The notes beneath the pieces were generated by a model. The model worked only from the letters and a program-made list of their open reading frames with translations, had not been told where the DNA came from and searched no databases. DNA of 64,000 nt. It comes from Fimbriiglobus sp. Lineage in GTDB: Bacteria > Planctomycetota > Planctomycetia > Gemmatales > Gemmataceae. Shown piece after piece: positions 37,352 through 53,073 of the stretch (positions within the stretch are counted from its first letter, which is position 1; each line of letters opens with the position of its first letter). A program made the translations under genes and the position numbers. Where the stretch lies: NCBI GenBank assembly GCA_043787415.1, contig JAYVUZ010000240.1, positions 1,028 to 65,027 on the forward strand, given 5' to 3'.

Positions 37352-38311
37352 TCAGTCGGCAGCCATGCCGCCCATCCGGCGGAACTTGGCGTAGCGGGCG
37401 TCCAGAAGCCGGTCCGTCGGCACGCCCGACAACTCGCGGAGGTGCCGGATGAGGTGGGATTTTAGCGCGGCGGTGGCGCCCCGCGGGTTGCGGTGGGCGC
37501 CGCCCACCGGCTCCGGAATCACCTCGTCGATGACCCCGGACCGTAAACAGTCCGTCGCCGTCAGCCGCAGGGCGCCGGCGGCCTTCGGCTTCGTCTCCTC
37601 AGTGGCCTGCTTCCACAAGATGCCGGCGCACCCCTCCGGGCTGATGACCGAGTAGTAGGCGTGCTGCATCATGCTCACCCGGTCGCCGACGCCGATGCCG
37701 AGGGCGCCACCCGACCCCCCTTCCCCGATGACGACGCACACCACCGGCGTCGCCAGCCGGGACATCTCCAGGATGCTGGTGGCGATGAGTTGCGACTGGC
37801 CTCGTTCCTCGGCCCCGATGCCGGGGTATGCCCCGGGGGTGTCGATCAGGCACACCACCGGCAGGCGGAACTTGGCCGCGAGTTGCATCTTGGCCAACGC
37901 CTTGCGGTAGCCCTCCGGATGAGCACAGCCGTAGAAGCACTGCTGCCGCTCGGCCAGCGTCCGGCCCTTCTGGTGGCCGACCAGCATGAGCTTGAAGTCA
38001 CCCAGCCGGGCGAACCCGGTGCGGACGGCCCGGTCGTCGCCGAACGCCCGGTCGCCGTGCAGTTCGGTGAACTCGTCGAACAGGTTGGCGACGTAGTCGG
38101 CCGTCTGCGGGCGTTTCGGGTGCCGGCTGACCAGAACCGTTTCCCACGGGGTTAGCTCGCCGTACCGGGCCTTCAGCCGGGCCACCAGCTCCCGCCGCAG
38201 CCTGCGGACCTCCGGCCCGGGCTGGTCCGAGCTGTCCTCGGCCTCGACCCGGGCGAGGTCCAGCTCCAACTCGTGAATCTCGTCCTCGAACGCGAGCGGG
38301 GCAACGGGCAT
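37352..38311 (-). CDS. accA: Acetyl-CoA carboxylase carboxyltransferase subunit alpha
   Basis: VVCLIDTPGAYPGIGAEERGQ, VIGEGGSGGALG. 319 aa. Confidence 0.95.
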   Translation of the reverse strand: MPVAPLAFEDEIHELELDLARVEAEDSSDQPGPEVRRLRRELVARLKARYGELTPWETVLVSRHPKRPQTADYVANLFDEFTELHGDRAFGDDRAVRTGFARLGDFKLMLVGHQKGRTLAERQQCFYGCAHPEGYRKALAKMQLAAKFRLPVVCLIDTPGAYPGIGAEERGQSQLIATSILEMSRLATPVVCVVIGEGGSGGALGIGVGDRVSMMQHAYYSVISPEGCAGILWKQATEETKPKAAGALRLTATDCLRSGVIDEVIPEPVGGAHRNPRGATAALKSHLIRHLRELSGVPTDRLLDARYAKFRRMGGMAAD

Positions 38312-38351
38312 GGCTGTCGATAGTGGTGGGAGCGGGGCGAACCGACTGGTC

Positions 38352-39254
38352 TCACATCTGCTCGTCTTCGACTTCTTGCACCGACTTGAACACTTTGCAC
38401 TTCTTCAGCTCCATCAGCACCTCGTGGAAGCCGGGCGGGCGGTCGTCCGGCTTCTTGGCCAGCATTTTCAGCACGAGGTTGCCGAACTCGTCGGTCACGT
38501 CCGGGTTGTAGGAGGACGGGTGCGACGGCCTCTCCTTCAGGTGCTTGACCATGATCTCGGTCAGGCTGGTGCCGCGGAACGGCGGCCGGGCGGTGGTCTT
38601 CTCGGTGCCGGTGACCAGCTCGTACAAGGCGCAGCCGAAGGCGTACACGTCGCTCCGGGCGTCCAGCCTGAGGTTCTGAATCTGCTCCGGCGACATGTAG
38701 CTGGGCGTTCCCTGCGGCTTCTTCGGGCCGCCGCCGAACAGGCTGCCGATCAGCCCGCGTTTGATCGGCTGGGCGATGGCAAAGTCAATGATCTTCGTCT
38801 TGCCGGAGGCGTTACACAGAATGTTGTCCGGCTTGATGTCTTTGTGAATGAACCCGCTGGCCGTCATGTACGCCAGCCCGGTCGCCGCCTGCTTGAAAAT
38901 ACCTTTGGCTTTCTCCCTGAGGAATTGTTTGTCGGCCGGCAGCCGGCTTTGCAGGCGGGTGCGGAGTGACCCGGCCGGGAAGTACTCCATGATGAAGTAC
39001 GGCGGGTTCGTCTTCGTAACTTTGGACACTTTCAGAATGTTGATGACGTTCTCGTGCCGCATCTTCAGCCCGACCTCGGCGTCGTTGAGCAGCTCGGCCA
39101 GGGCCACCTTGTCCTGCTTCAGTTCGGGCAGCAGCATCTTCATGGCGAAGTGCCGGCCGCTGCCCTCGACGCACTCGAACACGAGCGTCTTCTGGCCCAC
39201 CTGGAGGGTGGCCCGCAGCTTGTAGCCGTCGATGGTGTCCCCGACATCGGCCAT
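38352..39254 (-). CDS. Serine/threonine protein kinase, catalytic domain only (non-RD, DFA variant)
   Basis: HFAMKML (VAIK Lys), FIHKDIKPDNIL, IIDFAIA, PSYMSPEQ. ATG is preceded by AGGGGG. Locally lower GC. Confidence 0.9.
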   Translation of the reverse strand: MADVGDTIDGYKLRATLQVGQKTLVFECVEGSGRHFAMKMLLPELKQDKVALAELLNDAEVGLKMRHENVINILKVSKVTKTNPPYFIMEYFPAGSLRTRLQSRLPADKQFLREKAKGIFKQAATGLAYMTASGFIHKDIKPDNILCNASGKTKIIDFAIAQPIKRGLIGSLFGGGPKKPQGTPSYMSPEQIQNLRLDARSDVYAFGCALYELVTGTEKTTARPPFRGTSLTEIMVKHLKERPSHPSSYNPDVTDEFGNLVLKMLAKKPDDRPPGFHEVLMELKKCKVFKSVQEVEDEQM

Positions 39255-39272
39255 GACTCGCCCCCTGCCCGG

Positions 39273-40205
39273 CTACCAGTATTCTTCGAAGTGGACGTTG
39301 CCCTTGAGCTTGATCGCCGCCTGGTCGGCGACGAACCCGCGGGCTTCTAACAGCTCGATGACCCCAGTCGGCGTCGGGAACAGCCGCTTGCCGGTGTCCT
39401 TGTCCTTCACGGGCGCCCCGATCATTTTCGGGTTGCCGCACAGGTACACATGGCAGCGGGCCGGGTCGAGGTGGCCGCCGGCCGCGTCGTCCAACTCGCC
39501 GCCCAGGAGCAAATCCTGGACGTACGCCTTCCGGCTCAGGCCGGCCTCGCGGGTGGCCAGCGGCAGGTACTTGTAGTTCGGGAACTGGCCCATCAGCCGC
39601 TTGTGCGTGTCGAGGTAGCCGAGGTCGCGGAGGTAGCGGACGCAGCACGCCTGCACGATCCGGCCGGTGTGCCCGCGGCGGAGCAACTCCCAGAGCATGT
39701 GGTTGTGCGGCGCCTCGCCGGTGCCGGTGCCCAGGAACACCACCGTGTCGCCGGGCTGCACCGGGTCCAGGGTGAAGTGGCCGACGATCTTCTCGCCGAC
39801 CTGGATGCGGTCGCCCGCTTTCAGCTCGAACAGCCGCGGCGTGAGCGCCGGGATGCGGCCACCGGCGTCCCCTTCCCGCACCAGCACGACGTAGAACTCG
39901 ATCCAGTCGTCCTGTGCCACGTCCCGCAGTACACCGGGCGACGATTCGACACTGCTGCTGATCGAGTACGACCGCCGCACCACCTTCGCCCGGTCGGCGT
40001 CCGATAATCCCTCGGCCTGGCAGCCGGCCGTCCGCGGCTCCCAGTAGCCGAGGCCGAGGGTGCAATATTGGCCCGGTTTGTGGGCCGGGCGGGGGAAGTC
40101 GGGCCGGACCCGCAGCACCATGAGGTCCGAATGGACCTTGTGCAGGTGGACCACGGTCGCGTTGTACCGCTGCCGGCGGGCGAGGGCGATGTCGTCCGAG
40201 GTCAT
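39273..40205 (-). CDS. Ferredoxin--NADP(+) reductase
   Basis: RSYSISS FAD motif, GTGTGEAP NADP motif, C-terminal FEEYW. Confidence 0.9.
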   Translation of the reverse strand: MTSDDIALARRQRYNATVVHLHKVHSDLMVLRVRPDFPRPAHKPGQYCTLGLGYWEPRTAGCQAEGLSDADRAKVVRRSYSISSSVESSPGVLRDVAQDDWIEFYVVLVREGDAGGRIPALTPRLFELKAGDRIQVGEKIVGHFTLDPVQPGDTVVFLGTGTGEAPHNHMLWELLRRGHTGRIVQACCVRYLRDLGYLDTHKRLMGQFPNYKYLPLATREAGLSRKAYVQDLLLGGELDDAAGGHLDPARCHVYLCGNPKMIGAPVKDKDTGKRLFPTPTGVIELLEARGFVADQAAIKLKGNVHFEEYW

Positions 40206-40236
40206 GCGGGCAGTATACGGGCGGCCCGGCTCGGCG

Positions 40237-41091
40237 TCAGCCGAGCTTGGCCACCGCTTCCTTCAGGTAGGCCACGCACTTCTTCATGTCCGGCGACGGG
40301 TCGTTCTCGTTGGCCTCATACTCCAGGCTGACGTACCCGCCGAACTTCACCTCCCGCAGGGCCAGTAACACGCCCGGCACGTCCAGCGACCCGGTCTTGT
40401 CCCCGTAGGGCACGTCCGTCTTGCGGGTGTTGTCGTGGTCCTTCAGGTGCAGTCCGAAGTTGCGGGCGCCCATCTTGCGGATCTGCTCGGCCGGGTCGAG
40501 CGGCTCGTTGAACGGCTTCTGGCCCATGCGGATCAGGTGGCCCGTGTCCAGACAGGTGCCGATCAGCGGGTGGTGGTCCTTCACCGCTGCCAGGATGACG
40601 TCGGCCGAGTACCAGCGGTGTTTCTTGCCGTTACCGCTCGGCCCGTGCGGGTGGATGGCAATAGCGATTTTGAACTCCTCCACCAGCTTGTCCAGGCTGT
40701 CAAAGCTGTCCGGGGCCGGGTCGGCACTCAGGTACTTCACCCCCAGGGCGGCGGCGAAGTCGAACAGCTTCTTGTTGGCGTCGTGATTCTTCGTGAACGA
40801 CTCGACCCCGAAGGCCAGGGGCGTCACGCCGTACTCGCCGCACAGCTTTTTGGCCGCCGCGATCTGTTCGGGCGTGCTGCTAGTAGCGACGTGGCCGCGG
40901 TAGAACTCGGCGTATTTCAGGCCCAGTTCCTGGGTCCGCTTGATTGCATTCTCCAGGTCGAACTTGCGGAAGCTGTACGACTGGACGCCGACCTTCAGGC
41001 TACCGAACGGGTCGTCAGCCCGGCCGACGGCGGCGGTGGCGAGGGTGGCCGCACCGGCAGCGAGGAACGAACGGCGGTCGAGCGGGGTCAC
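40237..41091 (-). CDS. Tat-exported sugar phosphate isomerase/epimerase (xylose-isomerase-like TIM barrel)
   Basis: Twin-arginine signal DRRSFLAAGAATLA. TIM-barrel pattern (IAIHPH, CLDTGH, SLEYE). GTG start is preceded by GGAG. Confidence 0.85.
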   Translation of the reverse strand: MTPLDRRSFLAAGAATLATAAVGRADDPFGSLKVGVQSYSFRKFDLENAIKRTQELGLKYAEFYRGHVATSSTPEQIAAAKKLCGEYGVTPLAFGVESFTKNHDANKKLFDFAAALGVKYLSADPAPDSFDSLDKLVEEFKIAIAIHPHGPSGNGKKHRWYSADVILAAVKDHHPLIGTCLDTGHLIRMGQKPFNEPLDPAEQIRKMGARNFGLHLKDHDNTRKTDVPYGDKTGSLDVPGVLLALREVKFGGYVSLEYEANENDPSPDMKKCVAYLKEAVAKLG

Positions 41092-41151
41092 GGCGGCACT
41101 CCGGGGAGGGTGCGGACCATTGTGCCGTGCCGGGCGGGAAAAGGCCAGTGG

Positions 41152-42333
41152 TCAGTTCGCCTCGTGCGTGCGGATGACGAGCAGCAGCGGCACCGCCCCG
41201 GCCGGACGTTCGCCACGGCCGTCGGCGAACGCTCGGACTTCCTTAGACGCCGGTCCAGGGCGGCCGCCGGCCGGCGACAACGCGAACAGCAGGGCCGGTT
41301 GCCGTGGCACCAACTGCTTGACCACCTGCCCGATGGTCGAACGATCCTTCGGCTCGCGGGGTGCCCGTTTCGGCTCGCCGAGTAAGTCGCGGACCTCCTT
41401 CGTGTCGGCCACACCGAACGCCGACAGGTGAGCCGGCCCGAGCTTGGCCCCGCCCTTCTGTTGCGCCGCGAGTGCCGCCAGGAAGGCGGTTCCGTCGGCC
41501 GCCGTCAGCCCGTCCACATAGACGGCGAACGTGCCCGGCTGCTTCGCTTTGAGCAGCGCCTGGGCCGCCTGATCCACCACCACCGCCCAGCCGCAGGATT
41601 TGGCCGCTTCCTGGATGACCGGCACGGTCGCCGCCGGGTCGGTCACGAATAAGTCGAGCCGGGCCGCCGGCAGCGTGGCCCAGACGGCCGTCGCGCGGGC
41701 GCGAACGGAGGGCGTGTCGAGGTCGGCGAGCGGGCTGAGCAGCGGCAACTGCACCGTAGCCTCGGCCGGCGGCTCGATGCCGGTGAACAGCCCGGCGGCA
41801 AACAACTCCGGGCCGTCAGCCGACCGGGGCTGCGGGGCGACTTCCGTGTTCCGGGCCGGTGTTGGAGCGATTGCGACGACTGGGCCGGGTTCCGGTGCGG
41901 ACTGTGGCGAGGGGGCGATTTCGACACGGCCCGCCGGCGGGGCCGCCGGCCGAGCCGGCGGCGTCGCCTTGGCCACACCCTGTTGACCCTGTTGCGGGCG
42001 TCGCGGCCCAGTAATCTGGAACGTCAGGACACCGACCGCGGCAAGCACACCAGCGGCTGTTGCGACGGGCAGCCAGGCCGATCGCCGGGGCCGATCGACG
42101 GGGCGAGCCGGCACGATGATCGGCAGTGCCCCGATGACTCCGTCGGCGAACCCGAGCGGGGTGACGAAATGCGGCAGCTCCCCCAACTGTCGGCGGTCGC
42201 TAACCAACCTGTCGGCCAGGAAACGAGCGTCCGGCGAGGTGGCCAGCAGTCGGCCCAGCCGCTCGGTTTCATTCGGCGTCAGGGGGCCGTCAGTCGCGGC
42301 GGAAATCAGTAGGAGGTCAGCTTCAGTCAGCAT
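41152..42333 (-). CDS. Putative anti-sigma factor (single TM, Pro/Ala-rich linker)
   Basis: Starts 25 nt after the ECF sigma gene. N-terminal helical segment, TM AWLPVATAAGVLAAVGVLTF, extracytoplasmic C-terminal domain. Confidence 0.65.
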   Translation of the reverse strand: MLTEADLLLISAATDGPLTPNETERLGRLLATSPDARFLADRLVSDRRQLGELPHFVTPLGFADGVIGALPIIVPARPVDRPRRSAWLPVATAAGVLAAVGVLTFQITGPRRPQQGQQGVAKATPPARPAAPPAGRVEIAPSPQSAPEPGPVVAIAPTPARNTEVAPQPRSADGPELFAAGLFTGIEPPAEATVQLPLLSPLADLDTPSVRARATAVWATLPAARLDLFVTDPAATVPVIQEAAKSCGWAVVVDQAAQALLKAKQPGTFAVYVDGLTAADGTAFLAALAAQQKGGAKLGPAHLSAFGVADTKEVRDLLGEPKRAPREPKDRSTIGQVVKQLVPRQPALLFALSPAGGRPGPASKEVRAFADGRGERPAGAVPLLLVIRTHEAN

Positions 42334-42358
42334 GGTCGTCCGCGAGTGTTCGAGTCGG

Positions 42359-42913
42359 TCAGCCGTCCGCTTCCAGCAATCCCCTTAACTCCAGTCGGGC
42401 GCGGTGGATGCGGCTCCGGACCGTCCCCACCGGCACCCCCACCACGACGGCGATTTCCTCGTACATGAGGCCGTCAATGTCTTTCAGCACCAGCACCGCC
42501 CGGTGGTCGGGGGACAGCCGGGCTAGTGTCGCCGACAACTTCGCCGTCTCCTCGGCTCGTTCGACCGCGGGCGGCGGCGGGTCGATGCTGGCCGGGTCGG
42601 CCGGCTCGGCCGCCCCCCCGTCCCCGCCGGCCTCCAGCCGGGCCACCGGCCGCCGCTTCCGCTTCTGGCTCACCGCCGCATTGAAGGCGATGCGGTACAG
42701 CCAGGTGAAGAACTCGCTGTCGCCCTTGAAGTTCGGCAACGCCTGGTAGGCGTGCAGGAAGGCGTCCTGGGCGGCGTCGGCGGCGTCCTCCGGGTTGCCC
42801 AGGATGCGGGCGGCCAGGTTGAACACGCGGTCCTGGTACTTCCGCACCAGCTCGCCATAAGCGGCGGTCCGGCCGGCCAGGGTGTCCGCGATCAGCCGGC
42901 GGTCGTCGGTCAC
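42359..42913 (-). CDS. ECF-type RNA polymerase sigma-70 factor
   Basis: Region 2 (FLHAYQALPNF...FFTWLYRIAFNAA) and region 4 HTH (YEEIAVVVGVPVGTVRSRIHRAR). Confidence 0.92.
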   Translation of the reverse strand: MTDDRRLIADTLAGRTAAYGELVRKYQDRVFNLAARILGNPEDAADAAQDAFLHAYQALPNFKGDSEFFTWLYRIAFNAAVSQKRKRRPVARLEAGGDGGAAEPADPASIDPPPPAVERAEETAKLSATLARLSPDHRAVLVLKDIDGLMYEEIAVVVGVPVGTVRSRIHRARLELRGLLEADG

Positions 42914-43060
42914 GGCATCCCGACAGTGTGACGTGCCCGGGGTGGGCGGAGTTCCGTCGTTTTACCCCGCACCGCGGGGCCGGCAACCGCCCTCCAACGG
43001 CAGCCAGCCGTCTGCTAGACTGTTCATCTGCCCATCCCCCCGCCGGACGCCGCCCCCGCT

Positions 43061-49876
<6,816 letters not shown>

Positions 49877-50035
49877 CCGTCACCGCCGAGAGGCAGGGAG
49901 TGGTTCGCACGGTTCGCACTCCGCGTCTCCGGCCCGAGATCGCCATAAGTCGTTGCCCGCGTAGTGTCGTGCGCACCCGGCGATTGGTTCGCACGACCAC
50001 CCCCCGCGGCGTGAGAACCAATTCGTCACCGTGCC

Positions 50036-52573
50036 CTACCCCGGCCCGTCCACCTCCAGCTTGCCGAGGTACAGCATCTTGGTGTCGCCGGTGCGGTACA
50101 ATTCCTCCAGCATCAGCCCCACGTCCGGCGTGAGCTGCCTCGGCTTGAACCCGACCGGCGGCTTGCCGTTGATGGTGACGGCCAGCGGCTTCGACCAGTC
50201 GATCAGGTCGCGCTCCAGCCAGACGACGAACTTCCGCACCCCGACGGCCTCGCTGATCTCGACCACCCCGTTGCGGCCGAGGTCGGCCTTGAACCGCGGC
50301 GGGTCCACCGCCGCCCCGGGGGCGCGGTTGACCAGCAGGTTGTCCCGCTTCAGCCCCCCCTGCCCCACCCCCACCCAGTAGAAGCGGTCGTCGGCCTCCC
50401 GCAGCACTTGCCACGGCTCGACCCCGCCGGTGCCGAGCTTCAGGCTGGCCGTTCCCCGCACCCGGGTCTTGCGGCCCATCCAGTCGAAGATGCGGGGCAG
50501 CTCGGCGGCGAAGAAGTCCGGGCTGCCCCGCCCGCGGTACACGGCCGCCAGGGCCGGGAAGCCGCGGGGCATCCACTTCTCGAACAGCGCGCGGATGGCC
50601 CGGTACTCGGCCCCGAGTTCCCCGCAGACGAAGTACATGGGCAGCTTCTGGGCGTTCCGCCAGTAGCCGGAGGTCAGCCAGGCCGGCGGGGTGGCCCCGT
50701 TCGCTATCACCCCGGCCAGCAGGTCCGGGTGGGCCAGCCCGAGGTCGAGGGCGAAGTCGGCGCCGCCGCCGTACCCGAAGGCGAACACCTTGTCCGGGTC
50801 GTACCGCACCCGGCGGAACACGTCCCGCAGCACCACCGTGGCGGCCGGGTGGTTGAGGCCGCGGTAGTCGTACTCCCGCTGGCCGGCCCCCCACTTCGGG
50901 GCCACCACCACATACCCGAAGCGGTCGGCGAACTCGCCCAGCCGGCCGGCCAGCTTCTCGGCCGCGAACGCCGGGTCGGTGAGTGCCAGGATGACCGGGT
51001 ACGGCCGGCCCGGGTGCCACTCGGCCGGCAGCCGGAGGGCGTAGTCGAACCCGCGGGGGGCGGTGGCGTCCGGCGGGGTGGTGCGGATGACGATCCCCTT
51101 CGCCCCCTCGGCATCGGTGGGCAACACCGGCCTGCCGGGGGCGAGGGGGTTGAGCGGGTCGGGCGGCGGAGCCAGGGCCACCACCTGCGTCAGCTCGTCG
51201 GTGCCGGCGGGTGTTCCGCCACGGTACTCGGACAGGGTGGCGACGCGGGCGTTGCTGGTATCGCCTCGGAGGTAGCGGCCGACGAACTGCCGCGCCTGCC
51301 AGGCGGCGACGGCCGCCGCCGGGTCCGGGTCGGCACCGTTCTTCCCCTTGATTGCCCCGCTGACCGCGAGAGCCAGCAAGGCTTCCGGTTTGGCCGCCGC
51401 CGGTCCGTCGAACCGCCGCGTGGCGTCAGCCTGTCCGGTGAAAAGCTCCAACCGGGCGACCGTGTCGGGGTGAAGCTCGGCCCGCACCGCCGTCCCGGCG
51501 GCGAACAGCGACTGGGCTGCCGGCGTCTGCCGGGTAAGTACTGCGGCCACCGCCAGCCCACCGCCGACCGCCGGCAGCTCCGGCGGACCGCCGACGGCCT
51601 TCAGCACCTCGTCGAGCAGCCGGGCGGTTTGATCGAACCGCTGAAAAGCGGTGTCTACGGTGGTCTTGAGCGAGGCAAACCGCAGTGCCTCCTTCGGGTC
51701 GAGCGGTGACGGGGAGTAGCCGGTGACGGCCGCGCGGGCGAGCTGCCAGCGGCCGGCTTGCGTCGCCGCCTCCACCTCGTCGTTGACCCGCCGGGTTTCG
51801 GCCACGGCCAACTCGTTGCGGAGTTTGTCAGCCCGTGTCGCGTCGTCACCGACCAGCCCGGCCGGCACATCCGTCTTCAGCTTCTCAAGCTCTTGTTTGG
51901 TCGCCAGGAGGTATGCCGCCCCGGTGTTCGAGGGGTCGGTGAGCGACACGTCTTTCAGGAAGGTGGCGATCCGCAGCCGGCGGCCGACATCGACCTTGCC
52001 GGCCGGGTCTTTCAAGTCGGGGTGGGTGCCGAGGAACCGCCGCACCTGGTCCGGAGGCAGCTCGCTCGTCTGGTAGAGCGGCTTCCAGGCGTGGGTGGTG
52101 CTCTCCATCGACACCATTGCCGGGTCGAGGCGGACCATCTGGAGGATCACTGACACCGGCGCGCCGTTGGGCAGATCCGGGGTCGGCGCCGACAACCCTT
52201 TGATGGTCTGTGACCACTTGGCGTTGAACAGGTCGGGCCTCACGGGGATGCCACTGGGGAACGGCCGCTTGCCCGCCGCGCCGGCGAGCGGCAGCTTGAG
52301 CGGCGTGTACTCGGGCCGGGCCACCACCCCTTCCTCCAGCTTGCCGCCCTTGCGGGCGTGCATACTGAAGACGACCGACCGCGGGCCGTCCTCCATCGTG
52401 TCCAGGCCGTTGATTTTGGCCACCACCACCCCCGCTCCGCCGGGGACGGTCAGCATCTCCTTTTCCTTGTGATGGGTGCCCTGGAGCACGAACCCGTCCG
52501 GCAGGATGACCACGTCGGCGGCGAGCGCCCCGCAGCCGGCCAGCAGGAGTACAAGGGAGAGCGGGCGGGACAT
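50036..52573 (-). CDS. Large lipoprotein with a C-terminal alpha/beta-hydrolase-like domain lacking the nucleophile Ser
   Basis: Lipobox LLLAGCG. C-terminal YPVILALTD...FAFGYGGGADFAL...MYFVCGE pattern of the esterase fold, with G-Y-G-G-G at the elbow. Confidence 0.75.
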   Translation of the reverse strand: MSRPLSLVLLLAGCGALAADVVILPDGFVLQGTHHKEKEMLTVPGGAGVVVAKINGLDTMEDGPRSVVFSMHARKGGKLEEGVVARPEYTPLKLPLAGAAGKRPFPSGIPVRPDLFNAKWSQTIKGLSAPTPDLPNGAPVSVILQMVRLDPAMVSMESTTHAWKPLYQTSELPPDQVRRFLGTHPDLKDPAGKVDVGRRLRIATFLKDVSLTDPSNTGAAYLLATKQELEKLKTDVPAGLVGDDATRADKLRNELAVAETRRVNDEVEAATQAGRWQLARAAVTGYSPSPLDPKEALRFASLKTTVDTAFQRFDQTARLLDEVLKAVGGPPELPAVGGGLAVAAVLTRQTPAAQSLFAAGTAVRAELHPDTVARLELFTGQADATRRFDGPAAAKPEALLALAVSGAIKGKNGADPDPAAAVAAWQARQFVGRYLRGDTSNARVATLSEYRGGTPAGTDELTQVVALAPPPDPLNPLAPGRPVLPTDAEGAKGIVIRTTPPDATAPRGFDYALRLPAEWHPGRPYPVILALTDPAFAAEKLAGRLGEFADRFGYVVVAPKWGAGQREYDYRGLNHPAATVVLRDVFRRVRYDPDKVFAFGYGGGADFALDLGLAHPDLLAGVIANGATPPAWLTSGYWRNAQKLPMYFVCGELGAEYRAIRALFEKWMPRGFPALAAVYRGRGSPDFFAAELPRIFDWMGRKTRVRGTASLKLGTGGVEPWQVLREADDRFYWVGVGQGGLKRDNLLVNRAPGAAVDPPRFKADLGRNGVVEISEAVGVRKFVVWLERDLIDWSKPLAVTINGKPPVGFKPRQLTPDVGLMLEELYRTGDTKMLYLGKLEVDGPG

Positions 52574-52682
52574 GGCGGCGGTCCGGTGGGGCGACGGTGT
52601 ATTGTCGTTGGCGGTCGGGCGTGGAACAATACAGAGACGCTACCCGGCCAACGGCGGCCGACTGGCAGCCGTTGGAGCGTCC

Positions 52683-53066
52683 ATGCCGATCCGGTTCCGC
52701 TGCCCGACCTGCACCGCGCTGATGAGCATTGCCCGTCGCAAAGCCAATGTCGTCGTCACTTGCCCGAAGTGCGGCGAACAGGTGGTGGTGCCGACCACCG
52801 AGCCGGCGGCCGTCGGGGCAGGCAACAGCTATGCCGTCGCCGAGGACCGACCGCTGTTCGAGCGGCCGGACTTCGACAGCCTGCTGGAGCGGGTCGGGGT
52901 GTCCGCGCCGCCGATACCGGCGAGGCCGAGCGAATCCCCTGCCCCGCTAGCAACGGCCGTCGAGGAGGATGTGATCACGCTGAGCTACCCGGCCGCCGCC
53001 GGGCTGGCGGCCGGGTGCGTCGGGCTGGTGTTGGCCAGCTTCGCGGCCGGGTATCTGCTGAGGTGA
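52683..53066 (+). CDS. Zinc-ribbon protein with a C-terminal TM anchor
   Basis: ATG at 52683 is preceded by GGAG. CPTC-x15-CPKC ribbon. C-terminal LAAGCVGLVLASFAAGYLL. The longer ORF from 52476 overlaps the divergent promoter region and was rejected. Confidence 0.65.
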   Translation: MPIRFRCPTCTALMSIARRKANVVVTCPKCGEQVVVPTTEPAAVGAGNSYAVAEDRPLFERPDFDSLLERVGVSAPPIPARPSESPAPLATAVEEDVITLSYPAAAGLAAGCVGLVLASFAAGYLLR

Positions 53067-53073
53067 CGGCCCG

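Noticed and set aside
52476-52682. Longer start (196 aa) for the zinc-ribbon protein.
   Set aside because: The extra 69 residues are Ser/Arg/Ala-rich, overlap the divergent gene's start region and precede a good GGAG-ATG at 52683.
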